The notes under the pieces: model-generated
Database searches by the model: none
Told to the model about the DNA's origin: nothing
Seen by the model: only the letters and a program-made list of their open reading frames with translations
Part shown: piece by piece, positions 43,915 to 53,167 of the stretch
Layout: each line of letters opens with the position of its first letter
How positions within the stretch are numbered: the stretch's first letter is position 1
Translations under genes and position numbers: made by a program
Assembly: GCA_965202805.1 (NCBI GenBank)
Contig: OZ241869.1
Coordinates: forward strand, 3,840,001 to 3,904,000
Source: Longimicrobiales bacterium
GTDB taxonomy: Bacteria; Gemmatimonadota; Gemmatimonadetes; Longimicrobiales; Gaopeijiaceae
DNA length: 64,000 bases
Direction of reading: 5' to 3'

Positions 43915-45296
43915 GCGGGCCGGATCGGTCGCTGGCCGCCCGCTTCCGCGCGGCGCTGGCCGAGGACGGGGTCGTTACCGGTGGCGAGCGGGTCCTGGTG
44001 TCGCTCTCGGGCGGCCCGGACTCCACCGTCCTGCTTCACCTGCTGCGCTTCACGCCGGGGCTCCCGCCCATCGAGGTGCGCGCCGCCCACCTCGATCACC
44101 GCATGCGTCCCGGGAGCGCCGACGACGCGCACTGGGTGAAGGGGCTCGCGCGCGCATGGGAGGTGCCGCTGGTGTCACGGGCGGTCGCCCTCACGCCCGC
44201 CAACGAGACCGAGGCGCGGCGGGCCCGCTATCGCTTTCTGGAGGAGGCGCGCGGCGAGACCGGCTGCGACCTGGTGGTGACCGCACATCACGCGGACGAC
44301 CAGGCCGAAACCGTCGCCTACCGGATGCTGCGAGGCACCGGCCTCGCCGGCCTGGCCGGGATTCCCCGCACCCGAGAGCCGGGACTGTACCGGCCGCTCC
44401 TGCCCTTCTGGAAGCGGGAACTCGCCGCCTACGCCGCGGCCTCCCGCCTCCGCTCCCGGACCGACCCCACCAACCGGTCGCCCGACGTCCCGCGCAACGT
44501 GGTGCGCCGGGAACTGCTGCCGCTCGCCGAGGAGCGCATCGCGCCGGGCGCCCGCCGGGCGCTCCTGCGTCTGGCCCGCCTGGCCGGGGAGGAGAACCGC
44601 CTCTGGCGCGCGGTGATGCCGACGCTGCTCGCGGGTCTGGGCGTGCGGCGCACCGAAGAAGACGTCTCCTTCAGCCGCGATGCGCTCCTCCGGTGCGACC
44701 CGCTGGTGCGGGCCAGGCTGATCCGGGCGCTGGCGGCGGAGGCCGGCGCCCACCTGGATGCCCGGGCCACCGACCTGGCGGCGGGGTTCGCCCGTTCCGC
44801 CGGGAGCGGCCGGTCGCTCGACCTGCCCGGCGGAGCCGTTCTCTCCCGCGCCTTCCAGCGCCTGGTCATCTCGCGCTCCTCCACGACCATCGACCGGACG
44901 TCCGCTCCCGAGCACGCGCGCTACGTGGCGGTTCCGGCCCCGGGCGAAGGCGCCGCCGAGGGCCGTTCGGGAGGGGCCGCCTTCCTCGCCCGCTGGTCGA
45001 CGCGGGGCCCCGTGGGAGGAGAGGGGCTCTCCATCCCGGCGCTGCGCTTCCCCATCCTCTTTCGCGGCTGGCGGCCCGGAGACCGGATTCGCCTCGCCGC
45101 CGGCACGCGCAAGCTCAAGAAGGTATTCGGGGAAGCGCGCCTGCCGCGGCCGGCGCGCGCGCGCCGGCCGGTGGTGGCGGACTCGGGCGGGCGCATCCTC
45201 TGGGTGCCGGGTGTGGCGCGGTCGGTCGAGGCGCGGCCCGCACGGCACGACGCAATCCTCTACGTGGGAGTGGATCTCGATGACACCACCGACTGA
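43911..45296 (+). CDS. tilS: tRNA(Ile)-lysidine synthetase
   Basis: SGGPDS PP-loop, ARRARY, AHHADDQAET, RPLL, DPTN, RN..R. Confidence 0.95.
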   Translation: MSGPDRSLAARFRAALAEDGVVTGGERVLVSLSGGPDSTVLLHLLRFTPGLPPIEVRAAHLDHRMRPGSADDAHWVKGLARAWEVPLVSRAVALTPANETEARRARYRFLEEARGETGCDLVVTAHHADDQAETVAYRMLRGTGLAGLAGIPRTREPGLYRPLLPFWKRELAAYAAASRLRSRTDPTNRSPDVPRNVVRRELLPLAEERIAPGARRALLRLARLAGEENRLWRAVMPTLLAGLGVRRTEEDVSFSRDALLRCDPLVRARLIRALAAEAGAHLDARATDLAAGFARSAGSGRSLDLPGGAVLSRAFQRLVISRSSTTIDRTSAPEHARYVAVPAPGEGAAEGRSGGAAFLARWSTRGPVGGEGLSIPALRFPILFRGWRPGDRIRLAAGTRKLKKVFGEARLPRPARARRPVVADSGGRILWVPGVARSVEARPARHDAILYVGVDLDDTTD

Positions 45297-45828
45297 CGTT
45301 GCGCGACGCACCGGGGGCCGCGTGCGCCGCATCATCTTCACGCGCGAACAGATCGCGGGCCGCGTGCGGGAGCTGGGCGAGGAGATATCGGCCTGCTACG
45401 ACCCGCGCGAGGAACTGCTCGTGCTCGGCCTGCTGAAGGGCTCGTTCATGTTCGTGGCCGATCTGGTGCGCTGCATCCGTCGCCCCGTTCAGGTAGACTT
45501 CATCGTGACTTCGAGCTACGGGACGGGTATGGTATCATCGGGGAACGTGCAGCTCCTCTACGATCCGGAAGTGTCGCTCCGGGGGCGCCACGTCATCCTG
45601 GTGGACGACATCATCGACAGCGGCAAGACCATGGCATCCCTGGTGCCCATCATCCAGGCGCGCGGACCGGCCAGCCTCGAATCGTGTACCTTTCTTCACA
45701 AGCGCCGGGAGGGCATCGCGCACGAGCCCAGATGGGTCGGCTTCGACGCCCCTCCGGAGTTCGTGGTGGGCTACGGCCTCGATTACAGCGAGAACTTCCG
45801 GCATCTTCCCTACATCGCGAGCATCTGA
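45280..45828 (+). CDS. hpt: Hypoxanthine phosphoribosyltransferase
   Basis: LKGS, SSYG, VDDIIDSGKT, FVVGYGLD; tilS-hpt-ftsH synteny. Confidence 0.95.
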   Translation: MTPPTDVARRTGGRVRRIIFTREQIAGRVRELGEEISACYDPREELLVLGLLKGSFMFVADLVRCIRRPVQVDFIVTSSYGTGMVSSGNVQLLYDPEVSLRGRHVILVDDIIDSGKTMASLVPIIQARGPASLESCTFLHKRREGIAHEPRWVGFDAPPEFVVGYGLDYSENFRHLPYIASI

Positions 45829-45865
45829 GGGCATGGGCCGGTGGTTCCCGGAGTTACTCTGAATA

Positions 45866-47944
45866 ATGTCTGATTCCGAACAGAACCGACCCGATTCCGG
45901 CAGCAGGTTCTCCCGCCTTTCGCGCACCGCCTCGTTCTGGATTCTGCTGGCGCTGGTGCCGCTCCTCTTCATGCAGCTCATCGGGGGACGTGGCAACGCG
46001 GGCGCCGAATTCACCTACACCCAGTTTCGCGAGCAGCTGGCGTCCGGCAACATTCGCCGGGTGATGATCGTCGATTCGCGCAGCGTGGAGGGCCAACTGC
46101 GCACCCCGGTGAACCTCGACGGCGAAGACGTGAGCAGCTTCGTCTCCATGCTTCCCGGGGAGATCACGGACGGGCTGCTCGACGAACTCCAGGCCCGCGG
46201 CGTCGTCATCGAGGCAAGGCCGGCACGCACCCCCGTCATGGAGAGGGTGTTCGCGTTTCTTCCATGGATCCTCATGGCGGCCATCTGGATCTGGTTCGTT
46301 CGCAGCCTCCAGAGCGGAGGCAACCGGGCCTTCCAGTTCGGCCGCTCCAAGGCCAAGCTCATCTCTCCCGACACGCCCAAGGTGACGTTCGAGGATGTCG
46401 CCGGCGCGGACGAGGCCAAGGACGAGCTCCAGGAGGTCATCGAGTTCCTGAAGGATCCGCAGCGCTTCGTGCGCCTCGGTGGCCGCCTGCCGAAGGGCGT
46501 GCTCCTGGTGGGCCCCCCGGGCACCGGCAAGACGCTTCTCGCGCGGGCGGTGGCGGGCGAGGCCGCGCGTCCCTTCTTTCAGATGTCGGGCTCCGACTTC
46601 GTCGAGATGTTCGTGGGCGTGGGCGCCTCGCGCGTGCGCGATCTCTTCGAGCAGGGGAAGTCGCAAGCGCCCTGCATCATCTTCGTGGACGAGATCGATG
46701 CGGTGGGCCGTCACCGCGGCGCGGGCCTGGGCGGGGGACACGACGAGCGCGAGCAGACGCTGAACGCGCTGCTGGTGGAGATGGACGGCTTCGAGTCCAA
46801 CGACGGAGTGATCCTGCTGGCGGCCACCAACCGGCCGGACGTGCTCGACCCGGCGCTGCTTCGCCCCGGCCGCTTCGACCGGCAGGTCGTGGTTGACTCT
46901 CCGGACATCAAGGGCCGGGAGGGCATCCTGGGCGTGCACGCGCGCAAGCTGCCGCTCGCCGAGGACGTGGATCTGTCCGTCATCGCCCGGGGCACCCCCG
47001 GACTGTCGGGCGCGGATCTGGCCAACGTCTGCAACGAGGCGGCCCTGGTCGCCGCGCGCGAAGGGGCAGACCGGGTCGCCATGGTCCACTTCGAGAAGGC
47101 GAAGGACAAGGTCATGCTGGGGGCGGAGCGCAAGAGCCTGGTGCTGACCGAGTCCGAGCGCGAACTGACCGCCTGGCACGAGGCGGGCCATGCCGTGCTG
47201 GGGCTGCGCATCCCGGGCCTCGACCCCGTGCACAAGGTCACCATCGTCCCCCGCGGGCGCGCGCTCGGACTCACAGCGAGCCTGCCCGAGGAGGACCGGC
47301 ACTCCTACACGAAGGACTGGCTGGAAGGGCAGCTGGTGATGCTGTTCGGGGGACGCGTGGCCGAGGAGATGCGCTTCGGCCCGACCAAGGTGACGACCGG
47401 GGCCGGGAACGACATCGAGCGTGCCACCACCATGGCCCGCCGCATGGTGACCCGCTTCGGCATGTCCGAACGGGTGGGCCTGATGGCGGTCGGGGACTCG
47501 GAACAGGAGATCTTCCTGGGGCGGGAGCTGGTCCAGCGCCGCGAGGTGTCGGAACACACCGCGGAACTGGTCGACAGCGAGGTAAAGCGGCTTCTGGACA
47601 ACGCGCACGATCGCGCCCGGGTGCTGCTGGAGGAGCACAACGACCTGCTCGAGACCATCGCCGATGCACTGCTCGAACACGAAACGCTGGGCCGCCGCGA
47701 GATCGAGCTGCTCGACCGGGGAGAACCTTTGCCGCCAATGTCGCGCGAGGAGCCCTCGATGCCGGGTGGGGAAAACGGCAGCGAGCCGCCCGAGACCGGC
47801 GAGCACGGCGACGGCGCGACGCCACCGGTATCCGGGAGCACGCCGGACCCCCTCCGCGAGCCCGAGGAGGCCGTTCCGGTTTCTTCCGCGCGCGTCGACG
47901 GACCCACCGCCCGAACGAGGGGCTCGCACGCGAACGAGCCTTGA
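45866..47944 (+). CDS. ftsH: ATP-dependent zinc metalloprotease FtsH
   Basis: Two TM segments, [24 protein letters not shown]. Confidence 0.98.
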   Translation: MSDSEQNRPDSGSRFSRLSRTASFWILLALVPLLFMQLIGGRGNAGAEFTYTQFREQLASGNIRRVMIVDSRSVEGQLRTPVNLDGEDVSSFVSMLPGEITDGLLDELQARGVVIEARPARTPVMERVFAFLPWILMAAIWIWFVRSLQSGGNRAFQFGRSKAKLISPDTPKVTFEDVAGADEAKDELQEVIEFLKDPQRFVRLGGRLPKGVLLVGPPGTGKTLLARAVAGEAARPFFQMSGSDFVEMFVGVGASRVRDLFEQGKSQAPCIIFVDEIDAVGRHRGAGLGGGHDEREQTLNALLVEMDGFESNDGVILLAATNRPDVLDPALLRPGRFDRQVVVDSPDIKGREGILGVHARKLPLAEDVDLSVIARGTPGLSGADLANVCNEAALVAAREGADRVAMVHFEKAKDKVMLGAERKSLVLTESERELTAWHEAGHAVLGLRIPGLDPVHKVTIVPRGRALGLTASLPEEDRHSYTKDWLEGQLVMLFGGRVAEEMRFGPTKVTTGAGNDIERATTMARRMVTRFGMSERVGLMAVGDSEQEIFLGRELVQRREVSEHTAELVDSEVKRLLDNAHDRARVLLEEHNDLLETIADALLEHETLGRREIELLDRGEPLPPMSREEPSMPGGENGSEPPETGEHGDGATPPVSGSTPDPLREPEEAVPVSSARVDGPTARTRGSHANEP

Positions 47945-48008
47945 CCGGCAGGAGGCGACCCCCGCCCGCTCGAATGCAATCCTGGTCTGCTTCCGCGTCT
48001 GAGACGAC

Positions 48009-48839
48009 ATGAGCGTCGGGGATCTGTTCGCGCTGTTCGCGCCCGGCTGGCTCGATCTCCTCGAAATCCTCATCGTTGCGGCGCTGCTGTACCGCATTCT
48101 GCTGTTCATCCAGCGCACCCGGGCCATGCAGATCCTGCTCGGCGGGCTCCTGATCGCCGGCATCTACGCCCTCGCGCGCCTGCTGGGACTCGACCTCATG
48201 CGGTCGATCATGGATGCGGTCTTCCAGTACGGCGCCATCGCCGCGCTCGTCGTCTTCCAGCCGGAGATTCGCTCCACCCTCGCCCGGCTGGGTCAGGCGC
48301 GCATGCTGCAGCTGTTCAGCCGCCTCGAGGAAAGCCAGGTGGTGGAGGAGATCGCGGGCGCGGTCGAGCGCCTCTCGGAGATGAAGATCGGCGCACTGCT
48401 CGCGGTCGAGGGAGAGGTCGGGCTGGACGAATACGCCCAGAGCGGCAGCCGCCTGCAGGCGCGGGTCTCCCGCGAGATCCTCGGCGCCATTTTCACCCCC
48501 GATTCCCCTCTTCACGACGGGGCCGTGATCATCTCGGGCGACACCATCAAGGCGGCAGGGGCGATTCTGCCGCTCAATCGCGCGCCGGTGCCGGACCGGA
48601 CGCTGGGCACCCGGCATCGCGCGGCCATCGGGCTGAGCGAGGAGACCGACGCGGTGGTGGTGGTGGTCAGCGAGGAATCGGGCCGGGTGTCGGTGGCGAA
48701 CGGGGGGATGCTCCGCAAGGGGGTCGACGGAGCGGGCCTGAGGGAGGCCATCGCGGGGGCAGGTCCGCCGCGAACGGCGAACCGGGAGGCAGGGGGCAGC
48801 GCCGGCCGGGCCCTGGCACGCGCGCTGCGCCTGCCCTAG
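48009..48839 (+). CDS. cdaA: Diadenylate cyclase CdaA/DacA
   Basis: Three N-terminal TM segments, FQPEIR, PLHDGA, GTRHRAA, VSEE. Confidence 0.93.
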   Translation: MSVGDLFALFAPGWLDLLEILIVAALLYRILLFIQRTRAMQILLGGLLIAGIYALARLLGLDLMRSIMDAVFQYGAIAALVVFQPEIRSTLARLGQARMLQLFSRLEESQVVEEIAGAVERLSEMKIGALLAVEGEVGLDEYAQSGSRLQARVSREILGAIFTPDSPLHDGAVIISGDTIKAAGAILPLNRAPVPDRTLGTRHRAAIGLSEETDAVVVVVSEESGRVSVANGGMLRKGVDGAGLREAIAGAGPPRTANREAGGSAGRALARALRLP

Positions 48840-48891
48840 GGGATGCGCCTGCTCGGTCTGACCCGGGGTCTCGGGCCGGAGGTCGGGTGCC

Positions 48892-50157
48892 TCACGGCGA
48901 GTCGCGGACGCCGGTCGCGCCGGTCGGTCCCTGTCCCGCGAAGCGGATGCGGAAGATGCGGTTCCCCGCGTCGTCGGAGACCAGCAGCGCGCCGTCCGGC
49001 GCCTGAAGAACGTCCACCGGGCGGCCCCAGACCTCCTTCTCGTCGTCGTCGCGGACGATGAACCCGGTCAGGAAGTCCTCCGGCGGGCCGGAAGGGCGTC
49101 CGCCCTCGAACGGGATGCGCACCACCGAATAGCCTTTCAGGTCCAGCCGGTTGATGGAACCGTGCAGCGCCACGAAGGCGTGGTTGCGGTATTCCCCGGG
49201 GAATCCCTCACCGGTGTGGAACGCCATGCCCATGGGGGCCGCATGCGCGGGAAGCAGGACATCGGGTACCAGGGTGCGCTCCACCAGGTCGGGCCGCGCC
49301 CCGTTCAGGATCGGCTCGGGGTTGGGCCCGATGTACGCGTACGGCCACCCGTAGAAGCCGCCCTCCCGCACCGAGGTGACGTAATCGGGGGCCAGATCGT
49401 CGCCGAGATGGTCGCGCTCGTGCACCGCCGTCCAGAGCGCACCCGTCACCGGGTGGAAGGCGAGCGCCACCGGGTTGCGCAGCCCCCCCGCGAAGACGCG
49501 ATGTCCAGAGCCGTCGGGCCGATACTCGTTGATGGCCGCGCGGCGCGGGTCCGTGCCCGGCATCGCGTTGGTGGCGGAACCGACGGCCACGTACATGCGC
49601 TCGCCGCCGGGGTCGAAGATGAGATTGCGCGTCCAGTGGTTGAACCCGAAGGTCCGGCTGACATCGATGCCCAGGCGTTCGGCGGTGTCGTGATCGAGCG
49701 CGTCGCTGCTGACGGGCAGATCCACCACGTGTTCGGGCGGACCCTGCGCCCGCGTCTGGCCCGGCGCATGGCGGAAGCGCACCACCGCGTCGTTGTTGCC
49801 CACGTACACGTACCCGCCGTGGAAGGCGATGCCGTACGGCCGGGTCAGGTCCGCCGCGAAGGTCTCCCTGTACTCCGCCACGCCGTCGCCGTCGGCGTCC
49901 CTCAGCAGCGTGATCGCCCCGCTCCGGCTCTCCGCCACGAACACGTCGCCGTTGGGCGCCAGCGCAAGCCGCCGGGGAGCCGCGAAGTCCTCGGCGAAGA
50001 CGTTCACGGCGAAGCCCGCGGGAACCGAGAGGGTCACCCCTTCCGGGCGCTCCACGATGCGGGGGATGGCGCGGTTCCAGGGGGTCTCGAAGGGTTGGGG
50101 CAACTGCTGGGGCGCAGCGAGGAGCAGGAGCAGCGGAAAGGCGGCCATCGAAATCAT
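48892..50157 (-). CDS. Exported PQQ-dependent glucose/sorbosone dehydrogenase-family beta-propeller
   Basis: Signal-like N-terminus, HWTR, GLRNPV, ERDHLGD, FYGWPY, GRPVDV, VSDD. Confidence 0.88.
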   Translation of the reverse strand: MISMAAFPLLLLLAAPQQLPQPFETPWNRAIPRIVERPEGVTLSVPAGFAVNVFAEDFAAPRRLALAPNGDVFVAESRSGAITLLRDADGDGVAEYRETFAADLTRPYGIAFHGGYVYVGNNDAVVRFRHAPGQTRAQGPPEHVVDLPVSSDALDHDTAERLGIDVSRTFGFNHWTRNLIFDPGGERMYVAVGSATNAMPGTDPRRAAINEYRPDGSGHRVFAGGLRNPVALAFHPVTGALWTAVHERDHLGDDLAPDYVTSVREGGFYGWPYAYIGPNPEPILNGARPDLVERTLVPDVLLPAHAAPMGMAFHTGEGFPGEYRNHAFVALHGSINRLDLKGYSVVRIPFEGGRPSGPPEDFLTGFIVRDDDEKEVWGRPVDVLQAPDGALLVSDDAGNRIFRIRFAGQGPTGATGVRDSP

Positions 50158-50241
50158 GAGAGCCTCGGAACTGGGGAGGCGTGCGCGTTGTCGTCCTGAG
50201 TATAGGTCCGCGAACCTGCCTCGGGCGATGCACGAGACCCG

Positions 50242-50280
50242 CGGCCCATGCTCCACGGCTCGGCCCATGCTCCACGGCTC
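50242..50280. repeat. Tandem duplication of 19 bp
   Basis: CGGCCCATGCTCCACGGCT at 50242 and 50261. Confidence 0.85.
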
Positions 50281-50432
50281 CCTCCGCACGCGGGCGCACC
50301 CGAACGGGATCTGCGTTTGGTGCCGACGAGCCCGAACCCGCGACGCGGACGCGGGGTAGCGGGAACATCAGGTGCGCGGCACGATCGTCGCCTCGTCAAC
50401 CCTTCGTCCCGACCACGCATCCTAGAAGGGAC

Positions 50433-50490
50433 AGCCACGCCTTCGGCAAGCCACGCCCTCAGACAGCCACGCCCCAGGGAGCCATCGCCC
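50433..50490. repeat. Phased 9-bp direct repeats (16-bp period)
   Basis: AGCCACGCC at 50433, 50449 and 50465; degenerate copy at 50480. Confidence 0.7.
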
Positions 50491-52329
50491 ATGAGTCACC
50501 GCCCCAGAGGCCTCGCGAGACGAACCGGTCTCGCCGCCGTTCTCATCTCCCTCGCCTCACCCCTGCAGGCTCACGCGGCGCAGGAGGAATCCGCAGGCTC
50601 CGAGCCCGATTCGATCGCGCTGCTCGAGGAAGCGAAACAGGAGCAGAAGGAATTCGAGCGCTTTCGGGAGCAGAGGCTTCCCCCGGAATGGAGCGGCTTC
50701 GGAGGCCAGTGCGATGCTCTCGTCGGCCGGATGTGCCTGCGGCACGGGGACGGGGAAGCGCCCCCGGTGGAGCCCGCTCCGATCGAGGTCGAGATGGCGC
50801 GCATGGACATGCTGCGCACGCTGGGCCGCATCGCTTCCCGCATCCCGCGCGACAAGTGGGTGCTGGGGCAGCGCGTCTACTACCTGCGGGAACAGGGGGA
50901 GCTGCTCCGGGCCGAGGGGCTGACGGAGCGCTGCCACCCCGACGACGAGTGGTGGTGCCTGGCGCTCAAGGGCTACCTGCTTCAGTCGCTGGGCGAGAGC
51001 ATCGAGGCGGAAGCCGTCTTCCGCGATGCCATCCCGCGGATGCCGGAGGAGGAGCGGCAACGATGGCTGGCGCTCGAGTACCTCCTGGACGAGGAAGCGC
51101 GCGAGCTCTTCGAGGATGCGGGTCCCGCGGAGCAGGCGGCGCTCCGCGAACAGCTCTGGCTGCTCGCCGATCCGCTCTACCTGGTGGAGGGCAACGACCG
51201 CGAGGCGGAGCAGTACGCCCGCCGCACGCTGATTCGCATCCGCGAGTCGGCGGAGAACCCCTACGACCTTCCCTGGGAGGAGGACCTGGAGGAGCTGGTC
51301 GCCCGCTACGGGGGCGAGGTGGGATGGGAGCGGGGGCGGCCGGCGCGGCCCCCTTCGGGCATGCTGCAGGACAACCGCTTCATCATCGGGCGCCATCGGC
51401 CCCATGGCCGCGAGTTCATGCCTGGGGGAACGTTCCTCGCGGATCCGGCCGGCATCCCCGTGCGCGCGTGGGAGATAGAGGACCGGGCGCCGTGGACCGG
51501 ATACGCCGCCTGGTACGCGCCCATCATCACCACCATGGACGCGCAGGTGGCGCGCTTCCGCCGGGGCGACTCGCTCCTCGTGGTGGCGGGCTACCAGCCC
51601 CCACCGCCGCCCGAAGAAGCGGCCCCGCCTGCCGTGCGCGAAATCGCGCCGGGCGACGATCCCTTCGCGGCCTTCGCCGCCCCTCCGCCCCCGCCCCCCG
51701 CCGCGGCGAGCGCCGTGGAGTCCGGCGTGTTCGTGCTGACCCCGGAGGGCGAGCGGCTCGTCGACCAGCGCGGAACCGCCCGCGAGGGCGTGATCACCGC
51801 GCGGGTTCCCAACGGCGACTACATCTTCGGCATGGAGGTCCTGGAAGAATCCAGCGACCGTGGCTGGCGGGTGCGCGGAGGGGTCCGCCAGGAGGATCTG
51901 CCCTTCGGGCTCGCGGCCATATCCGATGTCGTGCTGCTCGACCCTGCCGGCGATCTGCCGGAGAGCCTGGACGAGGCTCTGCCGCGGGTGCTCGGGTCAA
52001 CCCGCGTGCGCTCGGGTGAGGCGTTCGTGGCGGGCTGGGAGGTCTACGGCCTCCAGACCGGCGAGAGCGCGATCGTCGGCATCACCATGCAGGACGCGAA
52101 CCCCGGGCTGCTGGCGCGCGCCACCCAGTTCCTGCGCCTCACCACCCCGGAGGCACCCCTGGAGCTGAGCTGGGAGGAGGCGGGACCGGACCAGCTGGGC
52201 ACGGTCTTCCGCGCCATCGCGCTTACGTTGCCCGAGGTCGAGCCGGGTGAATACGACCTGATCCTGACCGTGCAGTTGCCCGGGCGGAGCCCGATCGACG
52301 TCACGACCCGCCTGATCGTGGAGGAATAG
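50491..52329 (+). CDS. Exported hypothetical protein with a divergent GWxTD-like segment
   Basis: Signal peptide (AHA-AQ); WLLADPLYLVEGNDREAEQYARR...W..D...ARYG; beta-rich C-terminus. Confidence 0.65.
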   Translation: MSHRPRGLARRTGLAAVLISLASPLQAHAAQEESAGSEPDSIALLEEAKQEQKEFERFREQRLPPEWSGFGGQCDALVGRMCLRHGDGEAPPVEPAPIEVEMARMDMLRTLGRIASRIPRDKWVLGQRVYYLREQGELLRAEGLTERCHPDDEWWCLALKGYLLQSLGESIEAEAVFRDAIPRMPEEERQRWLALEYLLDEEARELFEDAGPAEQAALREQLWLLADPLYLVEGNDREAEQYARRTLIRIRESAENPYDLPWEEDLEELVARYGGEVGWERGRPARPPSGMLQDNRFIIGRHRPHGREFMPGGTFLADPAGIPVRAWEIEDRAPWTGYAAWYAPIITTMDAQVARFRRGDSLLVVAGYQPPPPPEEAAPPAVREIAPGDDPFAAFAAPPPPPPAAASAVESGVFVLTPEGERLVDQRGTAREGVITARVPNGDYIFGMEVLEESSDRGWRVRGGVRQEDLPFGLAAISDVVLLDPAGDLPESLDEALPRVLGSTRVRSGEAFVAGWEVYGLQTGESAIVGITMQDANPGLLARATQFLRLTTPEAPLELSWEEAGPDQLGTVFRAIALTLPEVEPGEYDLILTVQLPGRSPIDVTTRLIVEE

Positions 52330-52338
52330 CCCTTCCGG

Positions 52339-52971
52339 TCAGTCGGCCCGCCGCACGGACGTGATCCTAACCGGCGGCGTGAGCGCCTGGGCTTCGACGG
52401 GCTGCCCCTGGATCGTGCGCACCACATCCATCCCGCTCACGACCATGCCGAACGCCGCGAAACCCTGGAGGTCGGGATTGCGGTTGCCGCCGAAGTCCAG
52501 CGACGGCTGATCGTTGATGCAGAAGAAGAAGCTGGAGGTGGCGCTGTCGGGCTGCCCCCGCGCCATCGAGATGGCCCCGTCCACATGGCGCAGCCCGGTG
52601 ACCGAGGTGCGCTCCATGGGGATGGGATCGAAGCCCTGTTCCGCAAACTCCTCGTTCACGCTGGCCTGAATGACCTCGATCCGGACACTGTCGTCGGGCT
52701 GGTTGTCCATCGTCACCGTGCGATGGAACTGGCCGCCGTCGTAGTGGCCCGCGTCCACGTAGCTCAGGAAGTTGGCGGAGGTCCCCGGCGCGTTCCCGGT
52801 GTCGATGTCCACCTCGATGTCGCCGAATTCGGTGGAGATCACGACGCGCACCATGCCGGTCTCCTGGGCGCTCTCCTCCGCTTCCTGAGCGGCCTCCTCG
52901 CCCGATTGGGCACAGGCGCCTGCGGCGATCAGAAGGACGGCGATGGTCGACGCGAGTATTCCATTGCGCAT
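52339..52971 (-). CDS. Cyclophilin-type peptidyl-prolyl isomerase lipoprotein
   Basis: Lipobox AGAC, NF..YV..G.YDG..FHR, ISMARG, SATSSFF, FG.VV.GMDVV; GGAGG RBS. Confidence 0.92.
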   Translation of the reverse strand: MRNGILASTIAVLLIAAGACAQSGEEAAQEAEESAQETGMVRVVISTEFGDIEVDIDTGNAPGTSANFLSYVDAGHYDGGQFHRTVTMDNQPDDSVRIEVIQASVNEEFAEQGFDPIPMERTSVTGLRHVDGAISMARGQPDSATSSFFFCINDQPSLDFGGNRNPDLQGFAAFGMVVSGMDVVRTIQGQPVEAQALTPPVRITSVRRAD

Positions 52972-53097
52972 GGGTCGGACCTCCTGTGGATCGGGGTGAA
53001 GCCGGAACCTCGATGATACGGTGCAGAGTGATGCCGAGCCAGCGGCGCCCGGCCTCGGGGCGTCCCGAAATCATCGCCGGAAGGACATGGCGTCGCT

Positions 53098-53120
53098 AAC
53101 CCTGACGCTACGTCAGGGTT
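53098..53120. promoter_or_regulatory. Perfect 10-bp inverted repeat, MerR-operator-like
   Basis: AACCCTGACG-CTA-CGTCAGGGTT. Confidence 0.45.
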
Positions 53121-53167
53121 GTAGCCGGGGACCGACTCGATGGTTGCGTCCGTCCGACGATCCGACC

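Noticed and set aside
48843..49061. 72-aa ORF after cdaA as a possible cdaR remnant
   Set aside because: No TM or YbbR-like features, and it mostly overlaps the antisense dehydrogenase gene
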